A stretch of DNA of 64,000 bases from an uncultured Actinomycetota bacterium. Lineage in GTDB: Bacteria; Actinomycetota; Actinomycetes; JAFAQI01. The position numbers were made by a program, and so were the translations under genes. Position 1 is the stretch's first letter. Every line of letters begins with the position of its first letter. The notes under the pieces were generated by a model. That model ran no database searches and had not been told where the DNA came from. It was given only the letters and a program-made list of their open reading frames with translations. Below, one piece after another: positions 29,775-40,029 of the stretch. The stretch covers positions 704,001 through 768,000 of the forward strand of contig CAVYQE010000011.1 of the NCBI GenBank assembly GCA_963770565.1. The letters run 5' to 3'.

Positions 29775-30248
29775 CTACGCCTCGTTGCCCGCTCCCGTGG
29801 CGGCTCCGTCGACGAGCGCCTGGAGATCGATGGTCGGGGTGTGTCGCTGTGCAGCCAGCGCGACGTACGTCTGGCCGAGGGCGTCCTTCGCCGCACCGAG
29901 GATGGTGCTGACCAGCGCCAGGTCGCGGGCGAGGTCCGCGGACGATTCACTGGCGACGATGTGGCTCCAGACCGCTTCCTCGAGCACGTTGATCGCGGTC
30001 TGCACCTCGGCCAGGCTGAATCCGGCCTCGAACCGCTCGCGCGCGATGACGTCGACCTTCTGCGTCATCGCGAGGGTGCTCGGCTGGCGCGTGCACTCGA
30101 TGAGGACGCCGTACAGCTCGCCCAGCTTCATCGCGATGAACGGCGGCCCGGCCTGACGGTAGTGGTCGGCACGCGCGCGGGCGAGCGCCGACTCGGCTGT
30201 TTGCAGGATGCCCGGTCCGGCGCTTTCCAGGTCGGCGGCAAGGTCCAT
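29775..30248 (-). CDS. Small all-helical hypothetical protein (RsbRD-N/protoglobin-like pattern)
   Basis: IARERFEAGFSLAEVQTAINVLEE..W; leaderless start preceded by a DosR-like box. Confidence 0.6.
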   Translation of the reverse strand: MDLAADLESAGPGILQTAESALARARADHYRQAGPPFIAMKLGELYGVLIECTRQPSTLAMTQKVDVIARERFEAGFSLAEVQTAINVLEEAVWSHIVASESSADLARDLALVSTILGAAKDALGQTYVALAAQRHTPTIDLQALVDGAATGAGNEA

Positions 30249-30284
30249 GCTCGCAGTGTTGCGCGCCTCCAGGCGAGTTGTGCA

Positions 30285-30298
30285 GGGACCAACGTCCC
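30285..30298. promoter_or_regulatory. DosR/DevR-like box
   Basis: GGGACCAACGTCCC versus consensus core GGGACTWWAGTCCC; centred 43.5 bp upstream of ATG 30248. Confidence 0.7.
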
Positions 30299-30331
30299 GA
30301 CTTCGGCGCGATGCCTCCTGTCGGGGAGCGG

Positions 30332-30637
30332 TTAGTGCTCGGTGACGACGTTCAGGTCGATGAACTCGGGCGGCCCTTCGAAGATGTCCGCCATCAGTTC
30401 TCGGATGGACGCCAGCTGATCAGCGCGGTTCGGGTCGTTCTCTCTCGCGCGGGCGCGCTCCTCGCTCTCGAAGACGACGAGCGTGCAGACCCGGCTCGGG
30501 TCGTTCTGGTCGCGCATCATCGTCGAGCGGACGAGCCCTGACCCCGGCTGCTCCGCCGCTTGCAGCTGGCTGGCCAACTCGGGCAGGTCGTCGCCCTTGC
30601 CCGGCTTCAAGCGCATCGTGATGAGCTGTGCCCACAT
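30332..30637 (-). CDS. ABM-like (dimeric alpha-beta barrel) small protein
   Basis: AAGGAG RBS; MWAQLITMRLKPG...RDQNDP...LVVFESEERARARE. Confidence 0.7.
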   Translation of the reverse strand: MWAQLITMRLKPGKGDDLPELASQLQAAEQPGSGLVRSTMMRDQNDPSRVCTLVVFESEERARARENDPNRADQLASIRELMADIFEGPPEFIDLNVVTEH

Positions 30638-30858
30638 GGCGGTGCTCCTTCGCTGGAATGAACCGATCCGCGGTGCACTGCGCGGCACTGCGGTGCTGGG
30701 TAAGCCGCCCGACCCTATTGGCGTCCCGGCAGTCTGTCGACGGGGAGCCACGCCGGTCCGCGGTGGGTGGGCGCTTGCGGGAGTTCGCATTGGTCCTCCG
30801 GGCGCCGTCGGCATGGCTAGAGTGACGCCACGGATCGGCTTGGTCTGGGGGGACCGCG

Positions 30859-33800
30859 ATGGTCACGCTTTCGGGGCGCACGCTAGGCGCTGCCGTCTCA
30901 GCTGTGGTGCTGGCCGGTGCGGTGGCGCCGGTTGGGACCGGCACAACCGCGCGGGCGAGCACCCCGGTCACGGCTTCGGCCGAGTCGGCGACCCGGTCCG
31001 GCGCGGCCACTCCAACAGTGCCGTCGACCGGCCACTTTCATGCGTTGCGGGCGCCGGCCCGCGCGGTCTCCCGCGCGTTCGCCGCTGGATCGGTTCGGAC
31101 CTTCACGATCGCCGGCCGTCGCGGGCTGCCCGCGCATGGAATCCGCGCGGTTGCCCTGACGGTGACGGCTGCGCCCACGTCGGGGCTCAGCCAACTGTGG
31201 GTCGGTAGCGCCGCGAAGCGGCCCAGCGTCCCGACCCTTGAAGCCGGCAAGGGCACCACGTCGGCGTTCGCGATCGTGCCGCTGACATCGTCGGGACGGC
31301 TACGGATCTGGAACGGCGCGCATCAGACTCGAATGACCGTGGACATCACCGGGTGGTTCTCGGCGAGATCCGAGGCCGGGACTGCGGGGTTGTTCAGCCG
31401 CCTCGCCGGACGCCAGGTCGCGACGATGAAGGTGCCGGCCCACAAGGCGCGTGCGGTCCGGCTCGACCGGAAGCAGGACGTGCCGAGCAAGGACGTCGGA
31501 TCCTTGCTGTTGCGGATCCGCACCACCGGCGCGAAGCGCGGCGGCCTGCTTGGAATCGGGTCGGTGCTGTCGGCGGCTACCCACGTGACCAGCCTGGCGT
31601 ACGGCGTCGGCTCGTCGGAGGACCTTGCCGTGACGGCGCTGAACCGCGCGGGCAAGGTCGTCGTACGAAACTCCGGGTCGAAGCCGCTCACCGTGTCGCT
31701 CGACGCGATGGGCTGGTTCAGCGCCGGGACGGACAAGCATGCGTTCGGCGATGTGCTGTCGGTCACGCGCGGCGCAAAGGTGCTGTCCGGCCGGCGGGTG
31801 GGCGGATCAGCGATCGCAACCAAGGTGACCCAGGCCGGTGGGATTCCCGCGGTCGGAGCGGGAGCCGCGCCGACGATGGTCCTGGTCAGCGCGGTTGCTA
31901 CTGCGCCGACTAAGAGCGGCTCGCTCACGGTCGAGCCCGACCACGCGAGTGCGACCCGGTTCTCCTCGCTCGAGCTGCGGGCGCACAAGGCGCGGGCTGG
32001 GCTCGAGCTCGCGCTTCCGGGCGCGACGAACCAGAGCGTCTGGCGCGACAGTGCCGGGCGCACCACGGTCTCTGCGCAGACCTACGCCTGGTTCTCCGGA
32101 GGGACGGTGGTCGCGAAGGGCGTGCAGGTCCTGTCGAGCTCGGTCGCGGCCCAAGTCACGGCGATTGATGCAAGCGGCGTGACGTTCTCAGGGACGCCGG
32201 CTGCACTGGCGGGGCTGAAGATCGGCGACACTCTCGTCGCAGCGCCGACCACGCAGACCCCGCGCGGGCTCTTGCGCACGGTCACCGGCATCGCCTCCTC
32301 CGGCGGCAACCTCGTGGTCTCGACCACGCCCGCGACCGTGCACGATGCGATCGCGCAGGGCACCCTCGCGGTCGGTGCTTCGGCCATTGCGCCGAAGGCC
32401 CCGAAGCTCGGCAAGCACACGACTTCTGCGCTGCCGGCCCGCGGTCACGTCGTGCATCCGAGCATCTCCACGGTGTGTTCGGTCTCCGGTGCGCCGACCG
32501 CGATCGGCGCCACGATCACCTGCCACAAGGACTACAACCCGCCGGGTGCGTCGATCCACATCGAGGGGTCGGCCGGCGTGTCGATCAGCATCGATGCGTC
32601 GATCTCGCTGTTCTCGGGTGTTCACGTGGCCAGCCAGACCGAGGTGTCGACGTCGGCCTCTGCATCGGTCGACGCGACCGGGCAGGGCAGCGTGTCGCAC
32701 ACCTTCGACCTCGGTCACCTGTCGCTGGGCGAGGTGGTCGTCGACATCGCCGGCGTACCGATCGTGCTGTTCCCGTACTTCGCGCCACAGATCGCGGTCA
32801 ACGCTACCTACGACGCCGGGCTGACCGGCAGCGCCGAGATCGGTGCGTCGTTCGGTGTGAGCTACGACAGTGACAGCGGGTTCAGCTGGAACCATCAAGC
32901 CGGTGGATCGGGCAGTGGCACCTACAACGGTCAGGCGCAGGTCGCGGTGCGCGGCACGTTCATCGGGGCACTGGTGGTGTTCATCGACAGCGACCCGTGG
33001 GCGGTGCCGAGCGACGACACGACCGAGGAGGACTGCGACCCCGAGACCCCGAAAGGTTGTGAGGCCGAGGCGGCGATCTCCGTGGACATCTCGCCGTACG
33101 GCGAGGTCGACGCCGACCAGTGCTCGATCCGTGCCTCCGCCGGACTCGCGATCAATATTGCGGCGAAGCTGAGTGCTATCGATGTGACGATCCTCGACCT
33201 GTCGCACTCGTTCAAGGTCGCGAGCACCCAGCTCTTCGAGCACGACCTGACCAACTGCGCGATCTGGAGCGGTCAGATTCTTTTCAAGGCACAGGAGCAT
33301 CAGTCGAATCCGGAGCTAGGCACTGTGGGGACCTTCGATCTGGCGTCGAGGTCGGAAGCGACCCTGGCCACGCCGAGATTCCCCCCGATCGACGACATCT
33401 ACGACGCCGCCCTGAGCGGTTCGGGTGCATGGGTCGCGAAGACCCCGCTCGAGACCGGCTGCGGTGGCCACGAGCACGTCACGATCGATACGCGCAAAGA
33501 CAACTGGGGCGGCGACATCACAAAGAGTGGGGCGCCGATCAGCTTCTCGATCGAGCCCGAGGGGCCCGGGCAGTATGCGCTCCTCCAGTACGTTGGTGGT
33601 GTTCTCGATGACGCGCCTGCCGCGACGGCGCCGGGAACCAACGTGGACGAGGTGTCGGACGGTCCATCAAACGAGCCTTGCACGCTAGAAACGACGACCA
33701 AGGCAGAGCCGCACGACGACGGCTCCGCCGCCGTCTTCGGACTGATCGCGCCGCCGGCTTTGGAGTTCGGCGCGGAGATGCTGTTCCATCTGGCGGTCGG

Positions 33801-33918
33801 GAAGACGCACGTGAGCAAGGTGGTGGAAACCAGTCCGGGCGACAACGCAGCCATCCCGACGTACACCGTGACACTGGACCTGACCAAGAAGTGCAGCAAG
33901 GGCGGCACGCATTGCTAG
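30859..33918 (+). CDS. Large secreted multidomain protein
   Basis: Signal peptide, about three repeats of the G..G.P...AV.L.VT...D..GWF type, and a Cys-containing beta-rich C-terminal half. Confidence 0.7.
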   Translation: MVTLSGRTLGAAVSAVVLAGAVAPVGTGTTARASTPVTASAESATRSGAATPTVPSTGHFHALRAPARAVSRAFAAGSVRTFTIAGRRGLPAHGIRAVALTVTAAPTSGLSQLWVGSAAKRPSVPTLEAGKGTTSAFAIVPLTSSGRLRIWNGAHQTRMTVDITGWFSARSEAGTAGLFSRLAGRQVATMKVPAHKARAVRLDRKQDVPSKDVGSLLLRIRTTGAKRGGLLGIGSVLSAATHVTSLAYGVGSSEDLAVTALNRAGKVVVRNSGSKPLTVSLDAMGWFSAGTDKHAFGDVLSVTRGAKVLSGRRVGGSAIATKVTQAGGIPAVGAGAAPTMVLVSAVATAPTKSGSLTVEPDHASATRFSSLELRAHKARAGLELALPGATNQSVWRDSAGRTTVSAQTYAWFSGGTVVAKGVQVLSSSVAAQVTAIDASGVTFSGTPAALAGLKIGDTLVAAPTTQTPRGLLRTVTGIASSGGNLVVSTTPATVHDAIAQGTLAVGASAIAPKAPKLGKHTTSALPARGHVVHPSISTVCSVSGAPTAIGATITCHKDYNPPGASIHIEGSAGVSISIDASISLFSGVHVASQTEVSTSASASVDATGQGSVSHTFDLGHLSLGEVVVDIAGVPIVLFPYFAPQIAVNATYDAGLTGSAEIGASFGVSYDSDSGFSWNHQAGGSGSGTYNGQAQVAVRGTFIGALVVFIDSDPWAVPSDDTTEEDCDPETPKGCEAEAAISVDISPYGEVDADQCSIRASAGLAINIAAKLSAIDVTILDLSHSFKVASTQLFEHDLTNCAIWSGQILFKAQEHQSNPELGTVGTFDLASRSEATLATPRFPPIDDIYDAALSGSGAWVAKTPLETGCGGHEHVTIDTRKDNWGGDITKSGAPISFSIEPEGPGQYALLQYVGGVLDDAPAATAPGTNVDEVSDGPSNEPCTLETTTKAEPHDDGSAAVFGLIAPPALEFGAEMLFHLAVGKTHVSKVVETSPGDNAAIPTYTVTLDLTKKCSKGGTHC

Positions 33919-33940
33919 AGCGCCTCGGACGCCGGTCGTC

Positions 33941-35281
33941 CTAGGAGCTGGATGCGGCGATCTCCTCATCGGTGAGGAAGTCTTCGGCGGCGGACGGTCG
34001 GCCGAGGTAGTAGCCCTGGGCGTAGCGAACGCCGAGGCTTCGGAGCAGGAAGAGCTCGGCGCCGTCTTCCACGCCCTCGGCGACGATCTGGGCGCCGGTG
34101 CCATCCGCGAAGGCGACGAGGGCGGTGGCGACCGCACGACGTACCGGGTCGATGTCGATCGAGCAAATCAAATCGCGGTCGAGCTTGATGAAGTCGGGAG
34201 CGAGCTTCAGGATGTGGGTGAGGCTCGAGTATCCGGCACCGGTGTCGTCCACGGACAGGCGTGCGCCGTCACGGCGCAGAGACTGCAGTGTCGTCACGAG
34301 CTTCGGGTAGTCGTCGACGACTGTGTATTCGGTGAGCTCGATGATCACCCGCTTCGCATGGCTGTCGATCGCCTCTTTGAAGCGCTCCGACATGACGGTC
34401 TGCGGTCCGACGTTGAGCGTCAGGTCGACCCCGCTCGGCAGGCTCGGGAGCTGGGACAGCGCTCGCGTGATCGCGAGGAGCTCCAGCTCGACGCCGAGGC
34501 CGTGGCTGTGGGCCTCCTCGAACCAGACGTTCGGCGGCCGGTACGGCGTCTCGTCGAATCGGGTCAGTGCCTCGACCGCGGTCATCTGGTTCTCGACGAG
34601 GTCGAAGATCGGCTGGTAGACGATGCTCAACGCCGATCGCTCGTTGAGCACCCGGCGGATCCGCCGGCCGGAGTCGATGTTGTCGACCGCGTCCGGGCTC
34701 AGCACGCTCATCACGTAGCGGGTCGCGGTGTCGGGCGCCGGCCCGGAGGACGATTCGTCCTGGCGGTCCACGGCGGTGTCGTTCAGCTGCACCAGGCCGC
34801 TCTTGATCCGTGACAGGTCGCGTGCAGTGCCCACCACCACGCTGATGAAGTCGGCGACCTGCATCAGGGTCGCGACCTCGGTGTCGGAGAAGGCGAACGG
34901 CCGTTGCGAGTCGATGGCGAGTACGCCGATGGCCTCGGTGCCACGCATGAGCGGGAGGCACATCAGCGAGGCGATCGAGAGCCTGCGGCAGGCGTCGCGG
35001 TCCACCCGGTCGTCGGCCTCGGTGTCATCCGCGCGCTGCAGTCGCCCGGTCCGCACGGCGAGGCCGCTCAGGCTGTTGTCGAACTCGACCCGGGTCCCGG
35101 GGTCGGACTCGTGCTGGCCGGCCGCGCAGACATAGGTGACGCCGCGGTCGTCGCAGAGCCCGACCATCACCCCGTCGGCTGCCATGATCAGCTCGAGTGT
35201 GCGCTCGGCGACGCGGTGCACCAACCGCGACGGATCGATGATCTGGCCCATCGCCTCAGCGAGGTCAGCGGAGATCGTCAT
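33941..35281 (-). CDS. GAF-EAL c-di-GMP phosphodiesterase
   Basis: GAF (SLSGLAVRTG, SLMCLPL..IGVL, AFSDTE); EAL (YQPI, EALTRF, IELTE, DDTGAGYSSL, IKLDR, VAEGVE, QGY). Confidence 0.92.
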   Translation of the reverse strand: MTISADLAEAMGQIIDPSRLVHRVAERTLELIMAADGVMVGLCDDRGVTYVCAAGQHESDPGTRVEFDNSLSGLAVRTGRLQRADDTEADDRVDRDACRRLSIASLMCLPLMRGTEAIGVLAIDSQRPFAFSDTEVATLMQVADFISVVVGTARDLSRIKSGLVQLNDTAVDRQDESSSGPAPDTATRYVMSVLSPDAVDNIDSGRRIRRVLNERSALSIVYQPIFDLVENQMTAVEALTRFDETPYRPPNVWFEEAHSHGLGVELELLAITRALSQLPSLPSGVDLTLNVGPQTVMSERFKEAIDSHAKRVIIELTEYTVVDDYPKLVTTLQSLRRDGARLSVDDTGAGYSSLTHILKLAPDFIKLDRDLICSIDIDPVRRAVATALVAFADGTGAQIVAEGVEDGAELFLLRSLGVRYAQGYYLGRPSAAEDFLTDEEIAASSS

Positions 35282-35507
35282 ACGCGCCTCTCCACGTCAG
35301 GGCGAGCCGCCGGAGCCACTCCGCCGGGCACAGCATCTTGCGTAGATCGACAGCCGCGAGAGGTGTCTTGATAGCGCGGGTCTCGCCCGCGACGGTTTAG
35401 ACCGTTCTGTTCCGCGTCGGGTGGCATCCTGAGCGGTTCCGCTATTCGGGTGAGGGCCGTACGGCGGCCTTACGCTGGACGCACCGCGCCGAACCGGAGG
35501 GCCACGT

Positions 35508-36755
35508 ATGTCTCGGCTGCCAGTCGTTGTCTTTGCCTTCGTACTGGCCGGTGTCGCGGCCTGCGGGTCCTCGAGCCCGGCGGGCTCGAGCTCCCAGGCC
35601 CTGCGTGCGTCGGACTGGAGTCACTCGGGAGCCCTCGCCCCCCAGTCGACGCCGGCGAAGGTGGTCTCGCCGCACAACGTGCGCATTCAGTGGCACACCG
35701 TGGTCAATGGCCTGTCGTCGCCGATCAGCGTGACGAACGCCGGCGACGGCTCGGGCCGACTGTTCGTCGACGAACAAGGCGGCGTGATCCGGATCGTGCG
35801 TTCCGGTCACCTGCTGACCAAGCCCTACCTCGACATCAGCAGCGAGGTCACGTCCGGCGGGGAGCAGGGGATGCTGAGCATCGCCTTCCACCCGGATTTC
35901 TCGAAGCATCCGATCCTGTACGTCGCCTACACCCGCAGCGACGGGGACCTGGTCGTGTCGTCGTTCAAGGCGTCCTCGGCGAGCGCGAACCAGGTCTCGC
36001 CGTCGGCTGAGCGGCACATTCTTCTCGTCCCGCATCACGAAGCGACGAACCACAACGGCGGGCAGATCTTCTTCGGCGATGACGGTTACCTCTACGTCAC
36101 GACCGGCGACGGCGGGGGCGAGGGCGATCAGTTCAAGCGGGCGGACACCCGCAACAACCTGACCGGCAAGATCCTCCGGATCAACGTCGAAAAGTTGTGC
36201 GGGAAGCTGCACTACTGCATCCCGTCGACCAACCCCTACGCGCATTCGACGAAGTACCGCCGCGAGATCATCGCCTGGGGTCTGCGCAACCCGTGGCGGG
36301 TCTCGATCGACCGGCCGACCAACACACTGTGGATCGGTGACGTCGGGCAGGACACCTACGAGGAGATCGACCACGTCAACGTCCCGGCCGCGCATGACTT
36401 CGGCTGGTCGTGCAAGGAAGCGCGCTCGACGTACAACGCGGCGCAGTGTGGGCATCGCCACATCACTGGGCCGGTGTGGGTCATCCCGCACAACCCGGGC
36501 GGCGTCTGCGCGATCATCGGCGGATTCGTCTACCGCGGCAAGCGGTACGCCGGAATCGCCGGCGGGCTCTACGTCTACAGCGACAACTGCTCGGGCCGGG
36601 TGTGGGGATTGCGCAAGATCGGCGGTAAGTGGCGCAACGCCCAGATCGGTTCGGTGTCGGGAAGCCCGAGCGGGTTCGGCCTGTCCCAGTCAGGCGACCT
36701 GTACGTCGTCACCCTCGACGGCGTTCTGCATCGGGCCAACTTCAGCCACGCTTGA
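35508..36755 (+). CDS. PQQ-dependent sugar dehydrogenase (GSDH family) lipoprotein
   Basis: Lipobox VAAC, GEQGMLSIAFHP, NHNGGQI.FG.DGYLY.TGDGG, GLRNPWR, DVGQ..EE. Confidence 0.9.
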   Translation: MSRLPVVVFAFVLAGVAACGSSSPAGSSSQALRASDWSHSGALAPQSTPAKVVSPHNVRIQWHTVVNGLSSPISVTNAGDGSGRLFVDEQGGVIRIVRSGHLLTKPYLDISSEVTSGGEQGMLSIAFHPDFSKHPILYVAYTRSDGDLVVSSFKASSASANQVSPSAERHILLVPHHEATNHNGGQIFFGDDGYLYVTTGDGGGEGDQFKRADTRNNLTGKILRINVEKLCGKLHYCIPSTNPYAHSTKYRREIIAWGLRNPWRVSIDRPTNTLWIGDVGQDTYEEIDHVNVPAAHDFGWSCKEARSTYNAAQCGHRHITGPVWVIPHNPGGVCAIIGGFVYRGKRYAGIAGGLYVYSDNCSGRVWGLRKIGGKWRNAQIGSVSGSPSGFGLSQSGDLYVVTLDGVLHRANFSHA

Positions 36756-36791
36756 GGTTGGTCACGGAGCCTGCGTGCTGGGGCGAAATCA

Positions 36792-37427
36792 TCAGGCCAC
36801 GTTCATCAGGTGCCCCATGAACACACAGTCTGCGTCGGAAGTGTTCACGATGGCGGTCACTGCGTCCCCGCCGTCTAGGGCAAAGCCCCCCGATCCGAGG
36901 TACGCGGTCGGGTCGTCAGTCTGCGGGAAATCGGCCGAAGCGGAGTCTGCGTCCAACAGCACGGCCGTGTCGCCGTTGCTGTTCGTTTCGCCGTCGAGAT
37001 AGAGCGGGCCGGCGGTCACCGTCGCGGTCAGCTCTGCCTCTGTGCTTGTGACATCGGCGCTGCAGGTCTCGCGGAGCGTGAGCGGCCCGTACGATCCGAC
37101 CACCTTCGCAGGCGCGCCCCGGTTCATCGCCACCGTGAAGTGGAAGAACCGCCCGGTACGGACATAGCCGGCGGCCGGGACGCCGCCGAGGCTGGCGGCA
37201 TTGTGGGCGCTCGGGACCTTGCCGAGCGTCGACTCCTTGATCTGCTTGCCGGTCAGGGTGTTGGGCTTCAGCCGATTCCCTGCGATCGAGTGCTTCGTGA
37301 TACTCGCGCCACTGATGTGTGCCGCGTGAGTCCGCGGCACCGCCACGGTGGCACCAGCGACCCCGAGAACCAGCAGTGTGATGGTTAGACCGAGCGTGGT
37401 GGAGCGGCGCGAAAGAAATGTCGACAT
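36792..37427 (-). CDS. Secreted hypothetical protein
   Basis: Signal peptide and ISGASI..SI.G..LK.NTLTGKQIKESTLGKVPSA repeat-like segment. Confidence 0.6.
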   Translation of the reverse strand: MSTFLSRRSTTLGLTITLLVLGVAGATVAVPRTHAAHISGASITKHSIAGNRLKPNTLTGKQIKESTLGKVPSAHNAASLGGVPAAGYVRTGRFFHFTVAMNRGAPAKVVGSYGPLTLRETCSADVTSTEAELTATVTAGPLYLDGETNSNGDTAVLLDADSASADFPQTDDPTAYLGSGGFALDGGDAVTAIVNTSDADCVFMGHLMNVA

Positions 37428-37523
37428 GAGCGATCCCCAGACCAAGCGGCGCCAGGACGGCGCCACCCTATTGCGGCAGATCTGGGCGTGTGAAGGCCTG
37501 GCGGGGCGCTCGGTGATCGTGGG

Positions 37524-38561
37524 CTACGAGAGGCCGGAGACTTCCGTGGCTGGCGATCGCGTGAGCGAGCGAAGAGAGAGCGAGTAGGACCTCAGCAACC
37601 CGGTGCGGGTGTAGGGCAGTGACCGGGCGGCGCAGAACTCCCGCACGATCGGCTGGCATCGGGCCAGGTTGCGGCTGGGCATGCTCGGAAACAGGTGGTG
37701 CTCGATCTGGTAGTTCAGGCCGCCGAACATCATCGCAATGACCCGCCCCCCGGCGATGTTGCGTGATGTCAGAACCTGTCGCTGCACGAAGCTCAGTCGG
37801 GTATCGGCGTCGACGATGGGCATGCCCTTGTGGTTAGGCGCGAAGCTCACGCCGATGTAGACGCCGAAGACGGATTGCTGGATCGCGACGAACTCCAGCG
37901 CACGCAGGGGCGAGAGAACCAGGAGGAGAACGGTCAGTCCGACCGCGACGTGCGCGAGAAGCAACATACTTTCAACCATGCGGCGGTGGTCCTTGCGGCA
38001 GAGCGCCAACACACTCGCCAAGTGCAGGTTCCACCCCTCGAGGAGCAACAGGGGGAAGAACAGCCCGGCCTGGTGCTTCGCGATCAGCCGCAACACCCCC
38101 CGCTGGCGGCCGGCCTGCTCATCGGTCCATGCCAGAACGCCACGCTCGATGTCGGGGTCGCTGCCGACCTGATTGGGATGGCGGTGGTGACGATTGTGCT
38201 TGTCGACCCACCAGCGGTAGCTGAGACCGACGCCGAGCGCGGCGAGCGCCGTACCGATGGCGTCGTTGCGCCGTCGGGAGCGCGTGATCTGCTGGTGGCC
38301 GGCGTCGTGACCGAGGAACGCCAGCTGCGCCAGCACCAAACCGGAGTACGCCGCCACCGCGAGCTGCCATCGGGAATGACCTAGCCAGAGCAGCGCGGAT
38401 CCGCCCGCTGCAGCAAGCACCGCGATCAGCGCCACCCGCGGCAGGTACCTCACGACCGACCGGTTCAGCAGGCCGGCTGCGCGCACATCGGCGAGCAACG
38501 AGCCGTAGTCGGAATCCGGTCGAGAAGATCTCGGGAGCAGGGCAGATTGCGTCGTGGTCAT
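37524..38561 (-). CDS. Fatty acid (acyl-CoA) desaturase
   Basis: His boxes HDAGH, HNRHH and QIEHH. Confidence 0.92.
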   Translation of the reverse strand: MTTTQSALLPRSSRPDSDYGSLLADVRAAGLLNRSVVRYLPRVALIAVLAAAGGSALLWLGHSRWQLAVAAYSGLVLAQLAFLGHDAGHQQITRSRRRNDAIGTALAALGVGLSYRWWVDKHNRHHRHPNQVGSDPDIERGVLAWTDEQAGRQRGVLRLIAKHQAGLFFPLLLLEGWNLHLASVLALCRKDHRRMVESMLLLAHVAVGLTVLLLVLSPLRALEFVAIQQSVFGVYIGVSFAPNHKGMPIVDADTRLSFVQRQVLTSRNIAGGRVIAMMFGGLNYQIEHHLFPSMPSRNLARCQPIVREFCAARSLPYTRTGLLRSYSLSLRSLTRSPATEVSGLS

Positions 38562-38842
38562 GGCGAGTCCGTTAACGGCGAATGGCGGGCCGAGGAATGC
38601 GGGATTGGGACAGGCCAAGGCTCGAGGGCACTTCCACCGTACGCCGGCATCCGCCCGTGAGCGCAAACGCGACAAATCGCCGGTCCGCGAGCGCTGCACC
38701 CACGCTCGACGGTCTTGGATGACGGTCATTTGATGGGCGCGGGACCGTTTGCCACCCGTGCGACAATGGAGGTCTAAGCGCGCCTGGCTGTGCCGTCTTA
38801 TCTGTGCCCTCGCCGCTCCGTGGTTTGCAATTGAGGGTGGAT

Positions 38843-38905
38843 ATGTACACCGATCATCAGGTCATCTCTTCGAATTGTTTGTCGCGCCGCGTCAGGGCGT
38901 CATGA
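38843..38905 (+). CDS. Possible 20-aa upstream ORF coupled to the GT4 gene
   Basis: GAGGGTGG-AT-ATG...TGA, overlapping the GT4 ATG as ATGA; encodes MYTDHQVISSNCLSRRVRAS. Confidence 0.35.
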   Translation: MYTDHQVISSNCLSRRVRAS

Positions 38906-40029
38906 CGAGCGCGGCGGTTGGGCTGCTCAGCACCTACCCGCCCACCCAATGTGGTCTCGCGACCTTCAGCGCGGCGCTTCGGCACCATCTCCATCAGACC
39001 CCGCGGGACGTCGGGATCGTGCGGGTGGTCGACGATCAGTCGACCTACCCCGGCGGCGAGGTCGTCGCGCACCTGGTCAACGGCTCCAGGGCGAGTGCCG
39101 CCGGCGCGGTGGCACAGCTCAACCAGTTCGATGTCGTCGTGGTCCAACATGAGTACGGGATCTACGGCGGCGCAGACGGTGTCGACGTACTCGAGATCGT
39201 CGAAGCGCTGACCGTACCGACCGTGGTTGTCTTCCATACCGTGCTCGAGGAGCCCACGCCGCACCAACGTCACATCTTGACCCGTCTGCTTGATCTGGCC
39301 CATGTCGCCGTGACGATGACCAAGACCGCGCGGCAGCGGATTCTCCGCGACTACGGCGCGGATCCCGCGAGTGTCGTCGTGATTCCGCACGGTGCGGTCG
39401 ACCACCGGATGCTGGTGACGGGGGACCGGGCCGACGCGCGTCCGCTGATCATCACCTGGGGCCTGCTCGGCCCGGGCAAGGGGATCGAGTGGGCGATCGA
39501 CGCCATGCCTGGCCTGCGCGACCTGTCGCCGCGTTACCTGATCGTCGGCCGGACCCACCCGAAGGTGGCCGAACAGTCCGGTGAGAGCTATCGAGACGGG
39601 CTGCGACGGCGGGTCGAGGAGCTCGGGGTCGGCGACCTCGTCGAGTTCCAGGACGCCTACCTCGGCGTAGAGGATCTCGCGCACCTCGTTGCCTCGGCGG
39701 ACGTCGTCCTGTTGCCGTATGACTCGCGAGAGCAGGTCACCTCCGGCGTACTCATCGAGGCGGTCGCCGCCGGCCGGCCGGTCGTGTCGACCGCGTTTCC
39801 CCACGCGGTCGAGCTGCTGATCGGCGGGGCGGGCCTGGTGGTGCCGCGGCAAAACCCGCAGGCGCTCCAGGAGGCACTGCGGCGGGTGCTGAGCGAGCCT
39901 GGACTGGCTGAATCGATGGCGGCGCAGGCGGCGCGCACCGCACCGGCGTTGGTGTGGAGCACAGTTGCTGATCAGTACGGACGAATGGCGGACGACCTGG
40001 TAGCGGCAGCGTTAGCTGCCGCGTCGTGA
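38902..40029 (+). CDS. Glycosyltransferase family 4
   Basis: STYPPTQCGLATFS, QHEYGIYGG, IPHG, WGLLGPGKGIE, PY.SREQVTSGVL. Confidence 0.9.
   Translation: MTSAAVGLLSTYPPTQCGLATFSAALRHHLHQTPRDVGIVRVVDDQSTYPGGEVVAHLVNGSRASAAGAVAQLNQFDVVVVQHEYGIYGGADGVDVLEIVEALTVPTVVVFHTVLEEPTPHQRHILTRLLDLAHVAVTMTKTARQRILRDYGADPASVVVIPHGAVDHRMLVTGDRADARPLIITWGLLGPGKGIEWAIDAMPGLRDLSPRYLIVGRTHPKVAEQSGESYRDGLRRRVEELGVGDLVEFQDAYLGVEDLAHLVASADVVLLPYDSREQVTSGVLIEAVAAGRPVVSTAFPHAVELLIGGAGLVVPRQNPQALQEALRRVLSEPGLAESMAAQAARTAPALVWSTVADQYGRMADDLVAAALAAAS

Noticed and set aside
37524-38561. Desaturase as part of the oxylipin system
   Set aside because: It is about 21 kb away with unrelated genes in between; a functional link is possible but unsupported by the sequence.
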